64,000 nucleotides of DNA from Candidatus Kapaibacteriota bacterium. GTDB taxonomy: Bacteria > Bacteroidota > Ignavibacteria > OLB7. Positions 38,500 to 47,737 of this stretch are shown here, piece by piece. The notes beneath the pieces are model-generated. The model was not told the DNA's origin and searched no databases. It worked only from the letters and a program-made list of their open reading frames with translations. The stretch covers positions 19,970-83,969 of the forward strand of contig JBMDXA010000091.1 in assembly GCA_048594725.1 (NCBI GenBank), in the 5' to 3' direction. A program made the translations under genes and the position numbers. Position 1 is the first letter of the stretch. The number at the start of each line of letters is the position of its first letter.

Positions 38500-39462
38500 A
38501 TGGCCCTGAAGAACCGGTCGGTGGTGCGGCGGATCGCCGGAGCTACGCTGTTTGCGATAGTTCTCTGGCTGATCGTGTCGCTTACCGACCAGTTCGATAC
38601 CACGCTGGATGTGCCGCTCCTGGTGGAGCCTCCGCCGAACCTGGCCCTTGCCAGGCCCATCCCGAACTCGCTGCGCGTGCAGTGGCGTGCCAGCGGATGG
38701 AGCCTGTTGAAGATGATGGCAACCGGGCAGATGAAAAGCATACTGCGTCCTCTCCCCCGCCAGAACGGCGCCGATAGCCAGGTGGTGGTCAGCTACAGCC
38801 GCCGCGATCTGCTCGCCAGCATCAGAACCAGCACGCTCGATGCACAGCAGATGAGCGTTGCCCCCGATTCCCTTACGCTGGTGCTGGGGCCGCTCGACCA
38901 GAAGAAGGTGCCGCTGTCGCCGGAGATCACCATCGATACCCGCAAGGGCTTCCAGGTGATCGGGCGGCTTCAGATGTTCCCGGATTCGGTGACGCTGGTG
39001 GGAGCACGCAGGGTGCTGGAGGATATCACCTCCTGGCCCACCGCCCCGCTGGTACTGGAGGATATCCACCGCCCGGTCTCCCGCTGGATTCCCGCAAGCG
39101 ATACGCTCCGGAACATCATCAGCATACGCCCCCGTACCGCCGAGCTCTATGCCGATGTCCAGGAGATCGCCGAGCGCCGCTTCCCCGATGTCCCGATCGT
39201 CAACCGTGGTACCGTGCGCGATACCAGCCTTCGCCTGGTGCTTCAGCCGCAACGGGTGGAGGTGCTGGTGCGTGGCGGCGCGCGCGATCTCAGCCGCCTG
39301 GACCCCTCCACGGTCCGCGCCTATGTGGAGATTCTGGAGGGTACCGATACGCTCGGTGTGGCCTATCCCCGGTTGCTCCTCCCCGCCGGTTACGATATCA
39401 GCGTGGTGACCATCAAGCCGGATCGCGTGAAGTATGTGTTCCGCCGGGTGATCCCGCAGTGA
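38500..39462 (+). CDS. YbbR-like domain protein (CdaR-type)
   Basis: N-terminal TM (IAGATLFAIVLWLIVSL) followed by repeated YbbR-like beta modules (...SLTLVLGPLDQKKVPLSPEI..., ...VTLVGARRVLEDITSW...). 320 aa. Confidence 0.7.
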   Translation: MALKNRSVVRRIAGATLFAIVLWLIVSLTDQFDTTLDVPLLVEPPPNLALARPIPNSLRVQWRASGWSLLKMMATGQMKSILRPLPRQNGADSQVVVSYSRRDLLASIRTSTLDAQQMSVAPDSLTLVLGPLDQKKVPLSPEITIDTRKGFQVIGRLQMFPDSVTLVGARRVLEDITSWPTAPLVLEDIHRPVSRWIPASDTLRNIISIRPRTAELYADVQEIAERRFPDVPIVNRGTVRDTSLRLVLQPQRVEVLVRGGARDLSRLDPSTVRAYVEILEGTDTLGVAYPRLLLPAGYDISVVTIKPDRVKYVFRRVIPQ

Positions 39463-39554
39463 TGCTCCGCTCCCTCCCGTCCCTTTCCGGTACGGGCTGC
39501 CGCCATGCCGGCTTTTTCGCCCCCTCGTTCATTCCCTCAGATCTGCTCTAAGCG

Positions 39555-40172
39555 ATGCCCCGACATATCATCCATCATCCCCGTTATCTGGGGGAGAATC
39601 TGAAGCGTCTGCGGCGTACCCGCGACTGGACCGTGGAGCGCCTGGCCGGCGAGGTGGGGGTTTCCAAGGGCTATCTCTCCATGATCGAAACCGGCAAGCG
39701 TACCCCCCACTGGACCCTCGTGATGAGGGTGGTGCATGCGCTCGGGGGAACGCTCTGCGCCTTTTTCACCGATGCCGAATCGATAGCGTTTCCGGAGGAT
39801 GGCATCCGCTCCCGCCGCCAGGATGTGATCGTGATCGAAGGGGAGATACCGAACGAACGGGGGCATATCACCTGGCCGCCGCAGGAGCAGTACACTCATA
39901 TCCTCACCCCCTATCATGAGGGAATGAAAAGCCAGACGGTGGAGATATTTCTGCCGCCGCACAGCGAGTGGACCCCGGAGCCGGTCGCGTTCGGCGGCGA
40001 GGTGGTCTGCTGGGGAGCCGAGGGACGCGTGCTGCTGGAACTGGGCTCCGCCGAGTATGTGCTGCACGAACGGGAATGTTTGAATTATTCCGCCGCGATT
40101 CCCCACACACTCCGTAATTATACCGATCATCCCTCGCGCGCGCTGCTGGTGATTACGCCGGTGAGTTTTTAA
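39555..40172 (+). CDS. XRE-family transcriptional regulator with C-terminal cupin domain
   Basis: HTH_3 (LGENLKRLRRTRDWTVERLAGEVGVSKGYLSMIETGKRTPHWTLVMRVVHALG) plus a cupin beta-barrel C-terminal half. Confidence 0.85.
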   Translation: MPRHIIHHPRYLGENLKRLRRTRDWTVERLAGEVGVSKGYLSMIETGKRTPHWTLVMRVVHALGGTLCAFFTDAESIAFPEDGIRSRRQDVIVIEGEIPNERGHITWPPQEQYTHILTPYHEGMKSQTVEIFLPPHSEWTPEPVAFGGEVVCWGAEGRVLLELGSAEYVLHERECLNYSAAIPHTLRNYTDHPSRALLVITPVSF

Positions 40173-40176
40173 GAGC

Positions 40177-40214
40177 GGGAAAAGAATAAAAAAAGGGCAC
40201 GGGAAATCATGCCC
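40177..40214 (-). terminator. Rho-independent terminator downstream of the ThiF/rhodanese gene (minus strand)
   Basis: On the minus strand the sequence reads GGGCAUGAUUUCCCGUGCCC followed by UUUUUUUAUUCUUUUCCC. It begins about 45 nt after the stop at 40260. Confidence 0.55.
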
Positions 40215-40259
40215 TCTGCGATGCTGTGTCGCCGATATCCTTCCGGAAATACCGGGATA

Positions 40260-41423
40260 TCAGTATTTCGGCATGCTCGTATCTATTTTCTCCGCCCAGG
40301 CGTTGATGCCGCCGGAGAGATTTTCCAGGTTCGTATAACCGGCCGAGCGGAGATATTCGATAGCCTTTGCCGAGCGCCCGCCCATCTTGCAGTGCACGAT
40401 CACACGGCCATCACGGGGGATTTCTCCGGCGCGCGCTTCGATCTCTCCCAGCGGGATCAGCGTGCCGCCCAGATTGGCGATGGCATATTCGTGCGGCTCG
40501 CGCACATCGATGAGAGTGAACTCCTCGCCGCTCTGGCGAAGCGCGGCCAGTTGCTCGACGGTGATATCGGAAGTGTTCATGGTACCGTTGGTTTCGTGTT
40601 GCTGGATACGATCGTGCGCCGGAACGCCGCAGAACGCCTCGTAGTCGATCGGGTCGGTGATCGTGTGATATTCGCCGCAGACCGGGCAGTCCGGATCTTT
40701 CCGGAGCTTGAGCGTACGAAAATGCATCGAGAGAGCATCGTAGAGCAACAGCCGTCCGATCAGCGGTTCGCCGATGCCTGCCAGAAGCTTGATGGTCTCG
40801 GTGGCCTGGAGCGTGCCGATAACGCCCGGAAGAACCCCCAGCACCCCCCCCTCCGCGCAGCTCGGGACCAGTCCCGGCGGCGGCGGCTCCCTGTAGAGGC
40901 AGCGGTAGCAGGGACCATGTTTGGCCCAGAAGACCGAGAGCTGCCCTTCGAACCGGAAGATGGAGCCGTACACGTTGGGAATGCCCAGAAATACCGAGAC
41001 GTCGTTGCTGAGATAACGGGTCGGGAAGTTGTCGGTGCCGTCAACCAGCACGTCGTATCCCCCTGCGATCCGGAGCGCATTATGGCTCGTGAAGGGCTCG
41101 TCGTAGGTGGTCACCTCCACATTCGGGTTCAGATCGGCCAGGCGCTCCCGCGCCGAATCGGTCTTGCGCCGCCCGAGCGACGAGGTGCCGTGCAGCACCT
41201 GGCGCTGGAGATTGGATTGGTCCACCACATCGGCATCCACAAGCCCGATATGCCCCACCCCCGCTGCGGCCAGATAGAGCGCGAGCGGCGAGCCCAGCCC
41301 CCCGGCGCCTATCAGCAGCGCACGCGAATCCTTCAGCTTCCGCTGCCCCTCCATGCCGATCTCCGGCAGGATGAGATGCCTGCTGTAGCGCCGGATCTCC
41401 TCGTTCGATAACGTGCTGCTCAT
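40260..41423 (-). CDS. ThiF/MoeB-family adenylyltransferase fused to a C-terminal rhodanese domain (MoeZ-type sulfur-carrier-protein adenylyl/sulfurtransferase)
   Basis: MSSTLSNEEIRRYSRHLILPEIGMEGQRKLKDSRALLIGAGGLGSPLALYLAAAGVGHIGLVDADVVDQSNLQRQ..., two CxxC zinc motifs (CYRCLY, CPVCG), and a C-terminal rhodanese domain with active-site Cys (...VIVHCKMGGRSAKA...). Confidence 0.9.
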   Translation of the reverse strand: MSSTLSNEEIRRYSRHLILPEIGMEGQRKLKDSRALLIGAGGLGSPLALYLAAAGVGHIGLVDADVVDQSNLQRQVLHGTSSLGRRKTDSARERLADLNPNVEVTTYDEPFTSHNALRIAGGYDVLVDGTDNFPTRYLSNDVSVFLGIPNVYGSIFRFEGQLSVFWAKHGPCYRCLYREPPPPGLVPSCAEGGVLGVLPGVIGTLQATETIKLLAGIGEPLIGRLLLYDALSMHFRTLKLRKDPDCPVCGEYHTITDPIDYEAFCGVPAHDRIQQHETNGTMNTSDITVEQLAALRQSGEEFTLIDVREPHEYAIANLGGTLIPLGEIEARAGEIPRDGRVIVHCKMGGRSAKAIEYLRSAGYTNLENLSGGINAWAEKIDTSMPKY

Positions 41424-41521
41424 GCTGCTGCTCCTCCGGCTGCTGCCGGGATGATGCTGACGGATATTCCTGTACCGGAAAGATAGCTGTTATTCCGCTG
41501 TCCGTCCGGCGATATGCCGGA

Positions 41522-41562
41522 ACATGAAAAAGCCCGGCCCGGCTGCTGCCGGACAGGGCTTT
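41522..41562 (-). terminator. Rho-independent terminator after hom (minus strand)
   Basis: The minus strand reads AAAGCCCUGUCCGGCAGCAGCCGGGCCGGGCUUUUUCAU, a GC stem followed by a U5 run. It lies about 155 nt downstream of the hom stop. Confidence 0.55.
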
Positions 41563-41717
41563 CGGACGATGGCATCGGGTTCGGCCCCGTCGGAGAATCT
41601 TTTCTACGGTGCGTTGTCGCGGATTTCGGCTCCACGGCCCCTGCTGCTACCACCTCGCACGGAGTAAAACTCCGCGCGAGCAGTGCAGGGAATCTCAGAA
41701 AATATATCCGTAGGTAC

Positions 41718-42824
41718 TTAAACCGCTCCCGCCGAAGGTTCCCCCGCATAGACCGGAACAACCGCCGGCCTGCTGGGATGCTCGCGATGGCGAAGCGGCT
41801 GCGCATACTCTGCGGAGCTTTTCGGAGAAACGTAGGAACCGTTTCCGGTGGCGCGCCGGTAGCGGCGCTGCGCCAGGATGTCGAGCAGGTCGCTGACGAT
41901 TGCATTGGCCGTGGGGATGGAGCCCGCCCCCTTTCCCACGAAGCGCTGGGTGCCGATCCCGGCGCATTCCACCTCCACGATATTCACCTCGTCGCGCACG
42001 GCGGCCAGGGGATCGTCGGCCGGCAGCTCCCTGGGGGCCACCGAGAGGCGGAGCACGCCGTCGGTCCCCACAGCCTCTGCCACCAGTTTGATGGTTCGCC
42101 CGGCGGCGCGTGCTGCGGCCACATCCTCGGCGGTCACGTTCTCGATGCCGGTGGTATCGATCAGGTCGGGCGAGACATGGGTTCCGAATGCATGGAACGC
42201 CAGGATGGAAAGTTTCTGGGCGGCATCGGCGCCGGAGATATCGGCGGTGGGGTCGGCTTCCAGAAATCCCTGCTCCCCGGCTATCCGGAGCGCCTCCTCC
42301 CTGGAGAGGCCTTCGGCCAGGCGGGAGAGGATGAAATTGGTGGAGCCGTTGACCACGCCCCGCAGCCTGCCGATCTTCTCGGTAAGGAGGGTTTCGTCGA
42401 TCACCTTCAGGATAGGCACCGAGCCGCAGACCGAGGCGCCGTAGAAGAGCCGGCCGCCGTGCAGGTTCTCCAGGCGCCGGAGCAGTTGCAGGTGCTGCGA
42501 GATCACCAGCTTGTTGGCCGTCACCACCTGTTTGCCGTTGACCAGTGCCCGCGAAATGATGCCGAGCGCATGATGCTCGCCGCCGATCACCTCCACAACG
42601 ATATCGATGGTGGGATCATCCAGGATCTCATCGCCGTTCGATGTGATGATCTCGCGAGGGATATCAACCGGGCGTTCCTTCTCCGGATGGAGCACGCACA
42701 CCTTGGCGATTCGCAGCCTGGTGCCGGTTTCGGCGGCGATCCGCTCCCCCTGTTCCTCAAGAATGCTGTACAAGCCGCTTCCCACCGTTCCACAGCCGAA
42801 GAGTCCGATATTCAACGTTTTCAT
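41718..42824 (-). CDS. hom: Homoserine dehydrogenase (short form, apparently lacking a C-terminal ACT domain)
   Basis: Internal ATG MKTLNIGLFGCGTVGSG (NAD-binding GxGxxG) of track ORF 41718..43400, with a Hom catalytic region (...YGASVCGSVPI...). 368 aa. Its ATG overlaps the metX stop (ATGA). Confidence 0.85.
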   Translation of the reverse strand: MKTLNIGLFGCGTVGSGLYSILEEQGERIAAETGTRLRIAKVCVLHPEKERPVDIPREIITSNGDEILDDPTIDIVVEVIGGEHHALGIISRALVNGKQVVTANKLVISQHLQLLRRLENLHGGRLFYGASVCGSVPILKVIDETLLTEKIGRLRGVVNGSTNFILSRLAEGLSREEALRIAGEQGFLEADPTADISGADAAQKLSILAFHAFGTHVSPDLIDTTGIENVTAEDVAAARAAGRTIKLVAEAVGTDGVLRLSVAPRELPADDPLAAVRDEVNIVEVECAGIGTQRFVGKGAGSIPTANAIVSDLLDILAQRRYRRATGNGSYVSPKSSAEYAQPLRHREHPSRPAVVPVYAGEPSAGAV

Positions 42825-43948
42825 AAAAGCTGATAATCCTCTGATTGAGTTGCAGGAGTACACGAGTGAAGCGCCGGCTCGTACGGGGCGAGAAATTCGC
42901 CGACGATCCGGTTTACCTGGTCGTATTCGATCAGAAATGCATCGTGGCCGCACGGGGAATCGATCTCCCGGTAGATGCCGTTCGGGAGCAGGCGGGCAAG
43001 TTCCCGCTGCTCGTGTGCCGGATAGAGCACATCGGTTGTGATGCCCAGGCAGAGCGCCGGCTGCCGTACCGTGGCGAGCGTTTCCTCCAGCGAGCCCCGG
43101 CCGCGCCGTATGTCGTGCAGGTCCATGGCGCGCGTCAGCGTCTCGTAGGTGGCCGTATCGAACCGCTCGATGAAGCGCTCCCCCTGATGCTCCAGGTAGC
43201 TCTGCACCGGAAAGGAACGGTCGATGGAGTCCGGCAGCTCGCCGAACGGCTCGCGCGCGAAGCGCCCGGCGAACTCGATGCTGCTCCGGTAGGTCATCGT
43301 GGCGATCTTCCGCGCCAGCCGGAGCCCGGCCTCCTCGTTGCCGGTGGCGCGCCCCAGAGCTATCGCCTCGCGCGCCACGCTGCTGAAGGCAGTACGCCAC
43401 GGGGAATGCATGGCGCTGGTCGCCATCGGGATGATGAGCTCCACATCATCCGGGAAGAGGAGCGCCCATTCCAGCACCTGCATCCCTCCCATCGATCCAC
43501 CGACCACCGCGTGAACCCGTTCTATCCCGAGCTTCCAGAGAAGGAGCCGCTGGACGCGAACCATATCGCGCACCGTGACCGCCGGGAACGAGCGCCCATA
43601 GACCGTTCCGGAGGCGGCATCCAGGGAGTTGGGGCCGGAGGTGCCGTAGCGCCCGCCAAGCACATTGGAGCAGACCACGAAATACCGGTTCGTGTCGATA
43701 GCCTTGCCGGGACCGATCAGCCCATCCCACCATCCCCGCGTTCCGTTCTCCCTGGTGCCGGCGGCATGGGCGCTGCCGGTAAGCGCATGGCAGACCAGGA
43801 TGACGTTGCTGCGATCCTCGTTGGGGGTTCCGTAGGTCTCATAGGCCACGGCAAGCGGCGCTATCGCCGCGCCGCATTCCAGATGGAACGGGGAGTCGAC
43901 CGAGGTAAGGCGAATGGTTGCCGCGGTGCGGTTCAGAGCATCAGACAT
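42821..43948 (-). CDS. metX: Homoserine O-acetyltransferase
   Basis: Internal ATG (MSDALNRTAATIRL...) of track ORF 42821..44005. It has the alpha/beta-hydrolase MetX signature (...HALTGSAHAAG...VVGGSMGGMQVLEW...). Confidence 0.9.
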   Translation of the reverse strand: MSDALNRTAATIRLTSVDSPFHLECGAAIAPLAVAYETYGTPNEDRSNVILVCHALTGSAHAAGTRENGTRGWWDGLIGPGKAIDTNRYFVVCSNVLGGRYGTSGPNSLDAASGTVYGRSFPAVTVRDMVRVQRLLLWKLGIERVHAVVGGSMGGMQVLEWALLFPDDVELIIPMATSAMHSPWRTAFSSVAREAIALGRATGNEEAGLRLARKIATMTYRSSIEFAGRFAREPFGELPDSIDRSFPVQSYLEHQGERFIERFDTATYETLTRAMDLHDIRRGRGSLEETLATVRQPALCLGITTDVLYPAHEQRELARLLPNGIYREIDSPCGHDAFLIEYDQVNRIVGEFLAPYEPALHSCTPATQSEDYQLL

Positions 43949-45164
43949 GGCTCGGCTCCAGCTGCCCGATTGCCGGCTCATTGGTCCCAAGGGAATCGAT
44001 CGCAACGGCGTTGGCGGTGCGTTCCGCCGCTGCCAGGGCCTGCGCCAGATCGTTGATGAGATCCTCCTGATCCTCCACCCCGACCGAGAGGCGTATCACC
44101 GCATCGGTGATCCCGGCGGCCGCGCGCTGCTCCGGGAGCATGGCCGCATGGCTCATGGTGGCCGGCTGCTCTATCAGCGATTCCACGCCGCCGAGCGATT
44201 CGGCAAGGGCGAAGATCTGCGTGGAGAGAAGGAGCGTGCGGACGGCATCCTGGCCGCCACGCAGCGCAAAGGAGACCACGCCGCCGAACCCGCTCTGCTG
44301 CCGTCTGGCAAGCTCGTGTCCCTGGTGCGATTCCAGTCCGGGATAGAAGACCTTCTCCACCAGCGGGTGATCCTCAAGGAATCGGGCAACCGCCAGTGCA
44401 TTGGCCTCGTGCTGCTTCACCCGGAGCGAAAGGGTCTTGATGCCGCGCAGCACCAGCCAGCAGTCGAACGGCTGTGCGGTGGTGCCGTGCGCGTTTGCCA
44501 GATAGGCGAGCTTCTGATGAAGTTCCGTGGTGCGGGCGATGATGGCTCCTCCCACCACGTCGGAATGGCCGTTGATATACTTGGTGGTGGAGTGCACCAC
44601 GATATCGGCGCCGAAGGAGATGGGCTGCTGGAAGGCCGGGGAAAGGAAGGTGTTGTCCACGATCAGGGTGAGCCCGGAGGAGCGGCTGAAGCGGCCGATC
44701 GCCTCCAGATCAACGATCCGCAGGAGCGGGTTGGAAGGGGTTTCCACCCAGAGCGCGCGGGTGTTCGGCCGCACGGCGTCGGCCAGGGCAATCGGGTTGG
44801 TGAGATCGACGAAGGATACCTGGAGCTTTCCCTGATCGCGCAGGGAGCGGAGCAGCCGCTCGGTGCCGCCGTAACAGTCGTGCGAGCAGATGATATGATC
44901 CCCGGCATTGAACGACGAGAGCACGGTGGAGATGGCGGCCATGCCGGTATTGACGGCCACGGCACCGGCCCCCCCTTCCAGATCGGCAAGGAGATCCTCC
45001 AGTGCCTTGCGCGTGGGGTTGCCGCTGCGGGTATAATCGAACCCGCGGGTAACGCCTACGTCATCGAATCCGAAAATCGCGGACTGGTAGATCGGTGGTA
45101 CGATGCTGCGGTAACATCCGTCGGTCTGCTGGCCGGCAAGCACAATCCGTGTGTTGATCTTCAT
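43941..45164 (-). CDS. Cys/Met-metabolism PLP-dependent enzyme (cystathionine gamma-synthase / O-acetylhomoserine sulfhydrylase family)
   Basis: Internal ATG (MKINTRIVLAGQQTDGCYRSIVPPIYQSAIFGFDD...) of track ORF 43941..45479. Motifs: YTRSGNPTR and a PLP-lysine context (...HSTTKYINGHSDVVGGAI...). 408 aa. Confidence 0.85.
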   Translation of the reverse strand: MKINTRIVLAGQQTDGCYRSIVPPIYQSAIFGFDDVGVTRGFDYTRSGNPTRKALEDLLADLEGGAGAVAVNTGMAAISTVLSSFNAGDHIICSHDCYGGTERLLRSLRDQGKLQVSFVDLTNPIALADAVRPNTRALWVETPSNPLLRIVDLEAIGRFSRSSGLTLIVDNTFLSPAFQQPISFGADIVVHSTTKYINGHSDVVGGAIIARTTELHQKLAYLANAHGTTAQPFDCWLVLRGIKTLSLRVKQHEANALAVARFLEDHPLVEKVFYPGLESHQGHELARRQQSGFGGVVSFALRGGQDAVRTLLLSTQIFALAESLGGVESLIEQPATMSHAAMLPEQRAAAGITDAVIRLSVGVEDQEDLINDLAQALAAAERTANAVAIDSLGTNEPAIGQLEPSHV

Positions 45165-45259
45165 CGCTCTCTGCTCCTGTTGTATAATGCGAGATAAGTA
45201 TTTTATCGTACATCTCACCAGGAACGGGGAACGAAGATCACGCGATGCGCCGGACGCAT

Positions 45260-45298
45260 AACGAAAATGCCCCCTCATCGCGGGAGCATTGAGGGGGC
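45260..45298 (-). terminator. Intrinsic terminator forming the expression platform of the SAM-I riboswitch (minus strand)
   Basis: The minus strand reads GCCCCCUCAAUGCUCCCGCGAUGAGGGGGC followed by AUUUUCGUU, about 100 nt upstream of the metB-family start codon. Confidence 0.6.
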
Positions 45299-45439
45299 AA
45301 CAGTATGGCTGCGGGAGGGCAGCCATGTATGCATGAAATGCATATCGCCACCTCATCTTCCCTGGAAAAACAAAAAACCCTCCGGGAGTAGTGGAGGGCA
45401 GCAGGGCACGGCCATACGGCGTGCTGTTCATGCGTGTCC

Positions 45440-45559
45440 CCCATCTTCCCTGGCTCTCTGTCCAGGCAGGATTTAGCACCTGGGCGTCTCGTGAGCTGCG
45501 CTCGCGAAACCGGTTGCTACGACGTCATCGGGCCTGATCCCTCGGTCGTTCTTGATGAG
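45440..45559 (-). promoter_or_regulatory. SAM-I (S-box) riboswitch aptamer in the 5' leader of the metB-family/metX/hom operon
   Basis: The minus-strand RNA reads ...CUCAUCAAGAAcgaccGAGGGAucaGGCCCgAUGAcgucguaGCAACCgguuucgcgagcgcagcucacgagacgcccaGGUGCUAAAUCCugccuggacagagagccagggaAGAUGGGGG.... It contains the S-box signature elements GAGGGA, GGCCCGAUGA, GCAACC and GGUGCUAAAUCC, plus a P1 closing helix (CUCAUC/GAUGGG). Confidence 0.8.
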
Positions 45560-45786
45560 TTGACATGAACATACAACGGTAGCGCGGCCGGATGCAAGAA
45601 GTTTTTTGTATACCCGGAACCTGCGCCGGCCGGTACCAGGGGGGTATTCCGCTGGGAACTGCGGGGGACCACTACGCGGGGAATGCCTTGGTCCGCCGGC
45701 GGCACCGCATTAACTTCACCACCCATTCCCTCCTCCTAATCTCCGATTGCTTCTCATGTTGTTTCCTGGAATGGAAGGATTCCGCC

Positions 45787-47208
45787 ATGATATCCATGTC
45801 ACGTTTTTTTTCTGTTGCACTGCCGGCCGCGATACTGTCGGTTCAATTGCTGTACGCTGCTCCGGCTTATGCGCAGAGCGGGCGTTCCCGGGAACTGGTC
45901 GCGCACGGGAAGGAGGAACACCGTACCTACCTTGCCATGGTCTACGGAGACGAGGGCAGCTATGACAGTGCTGAGGCGCTTTCCCATCTGAATAATGCCC
46001 GCGAATATCTGGAGGAGGCGGTTGCGATCGATCCGGAATATCAGGAGGCGCATTATTTCCTGGCGCATGTGTACGACCGCATCTGGAGCGGGCCTTTTCC
46101 GGGAGAGCAGGTGCCGTATATCACTCTTGAGCGCACCCGGATCATCTCGAATCATCTGGAAAAAATGCTCGCCATTTCTCCGCGCTACGATGGCGAAGTT
46201 CTGATCCAGGGCCCGCGCGCGAAGCTGACCGCGGTATGGGGATCGCTCGCGGCTGCCTATGCCGTGCGCGGCCTTCCCGATTCGGCACGATGGGCGTTGC
46301 AGGAGGGGAAACGTGCCGGGGCTTTTCAGCGGTGGAATGTGGAGATGTGCAGGAATATCCTGAGAACCTGTGATCGCAATGCCATTCTTCTGGTGAACGG
46401 TGATGGCGATACGTTCCCGATGTATTATCTCCAGGGAGTGGAACGATACCGCAACGATGTCACGGTGCTCCATCTGGGCCTGCTGAACACTCCCTGGTAT
46501 GCCAGGTGGATGAAAAGCACGAAAGGGTTTGGCGCTCCTCTGCGGGAACTGGGATATTCCGAACGTGAGATCGATTCGCTCGCTCATGAACCGATGGAAT
46601 ATTCGAGGGAATACCGGATTCCGTTGCCGAAAAAGGCGATGCAGACCTTCAGGATCACCGATCCGGAAAAGCGGGGAGTGAAGGACGGAGAGGTGAAACT
46701 AATGGTTCAGGGGATGGATGGAGCGTTCCGGATTCAGGATAAGATAGTGCTGGATATACTGGTCAGGAATGAATGGCGGCGCCCGGTCTATTTCAGCACT
46801 ACGGTCGATTGGAGCGAGATCGCCGCGATGGGGCTGAGCAATCATATCAAAACAGCCGGTGGCGCCATGCAGGTGTACCCGGCTCCGTTCCTGGATGATG
46901 AAGCGCGTATCGATGTTCAGCGCCTGGAACAGCTGATGTTTGCCGATGGGAAACAGGGGTTCTCATGGGCCGGGTGGGACGAGCTGCCGCAGTATGATAG
47001 GGATGGGCAGCAAAATGCCTCCATCTATTTTCTGGTAGCAAGCATGCTCATCGAACACTATGTGCGCACGGAAGCCGGACCCAAACCCGTTGAGAAGGTC
47101 ATGGGACGGCTGGAGAGCATTTTCGCGCGCGAGCGATTCCCCGATATCTATAGGTTTTCCGATACGATGATGGAGCCGGAATCCGATGGAACCGCCGGGG
47201 ATGAATAA
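45787..47208 (+). CDS. Hypothetical secreted protein (about 473 aa)
   Basis: Internal ATG (MISMSRFFSVALPAAILSVQLLYAAPAYAQ signal peptide) of track ORF 45592..47208. It has TPR-like N-terminal helices. The C-terminal region (NAILLVNGDGDTFPMYYLQGVERYRNDVTVLHLGLL...DKIVLDILVRNEWRRPVYFSTTV) recalls, from memory, the soluble C-terminal domain of DUF2723-type proteins. Confidence 0.6.
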   Translation: MISMSRFFSVALPAAILSVQLLYAAPAYAQSGRSRELVAHGKEEHRTYLAMVYGDEGSYDSAEALSHLNNAREYLEEAVAIDPEYQEAHYFLAHVYDRIWSGPFPGEQVPYITLERTRIISNHLEKMLAISPRYDGEVLIQGPRAKLTAVWGSLAAAYAVRGLPDSARWALQEGKRAGAFQRWNVEMCRNILRTCDRNAILLVNGDGDTFPMYYLQGVERYRNDVTVLHLGLLNTPWYARWMKSTKGFGAPLRELGYSEREIDSLAHEPMEYSREYRIPLPKKAMQTFRITDPEKRGVKDGEVKLMVQGMDGAFRIQDKIVLDILVRNEWRRPVYFSTTVDWSEIAAMGLSNHIKTAGGAMQVYPAPFLDDEARIDVQRLEQLMFADGKQGFSWAGWDELPQYDRDGQQNASIYFLVASMLIEHYVRTEAGPKPVEKVMGRLESIFARERFPDIYRFSDTMMEPESDGTAGDE

Positions 47209-47270
47209 TTACCGGCGACCATCTAGTTGAATAGCCACACAAGTGGTACTTGCTGGAAAAATGCCACATG

Positions 47271-47301
47271 AAGGCGCAAAAAAAAGATGAATCTCTTTGC
47301 G
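47271..47301. terminator. Hairpin (GGCGCAAA...UUUGCGCC) with an internal A/T-run between convergent genes; possible bidirectional terminator
   Basis: The plus strand reads ggcgcaaaaaaaagatgaatctctttgcgcc. On the minus strand the stem is followed by UUCAUGUGGCAUUUUUCC. Confidence 0.3.
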
Positions 47302-47334
47302 CCTTGGTGGCTTCCTGTGATGCATGCCGGGGAA

Positions 47335-47724
47335 TTATCGCGGAAAATGCTCAACATAATTCTCCCCTTTTCTGCCGTGATACACCGCATGTCCTCCATC
47401 GATGAAAATGGTGTAGCTGGCGGCGCCATACGCCATGATTCTCCGGAGAAATTCGGGGTAATCTATTCTTCCCTGCTGGCTCTCCCGTATGGTCGCCTCC
47501 ACCATGCCGGCATCGAATCTTTCCGCAACGGCGGGGGTGTTCTCCACCGGCAGCCGTTCGATAAGGCTACTGCTGTCATTTCCGTAGAATACTTTTTCCA
47601 TGCGAATCAGATCGGCGTGATAACGCTCGATCCCGATAGCGCTCAGGCGACGGAGGGTTTCCGGGAAGGAGACCGTCCCCTGCAGAGCGCCGGTGGTGCA
47701 GGCGTGGATAACGTTGGTGTCCAT
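47335..47724 (-). CDS. DUF1398-family small protein
   Basis: Internal ATG (MDTNVIHACTTGALQGTVSFPETLRRLSAIGIERYHADLIRME...QQGRIDYPEFLRRIMAYGAASYTIFIDGGHAVYHGRKGENYVEHFP) of track ORF 47335..47844. The pattern matches my recollection of YbcV/DUF1398 proteins (...HQQGKTDY...Y.GNE..VEHIP). Confidence 0.6.
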   Translation of the reverse strand: MDTNVIHACTTGALQGTVSFPETLRRLSAIGIERYHADLIRMEKVFYGNDSSSLIERLPVENTPAVAERFDAGMVEATIRESQQGRIDYPEFLRRIMAYGAASYTIFIDGGHAVYHGRKGENYVEHFPR

Positions 47725-47737
47725 GATGTGGTACTGT

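Noticed and set aside
41424-41717. Searched the gap between hom and the ThiF/rhodanese gene for a ThiS/MoaD-like sulfur-carrier ORF ending in Gly-Gly
   Set aside because: No ATG-initiated ORF of 60-100 codons ending GG is present in any frame. The gap instead contains a clear intrinsic terminator.
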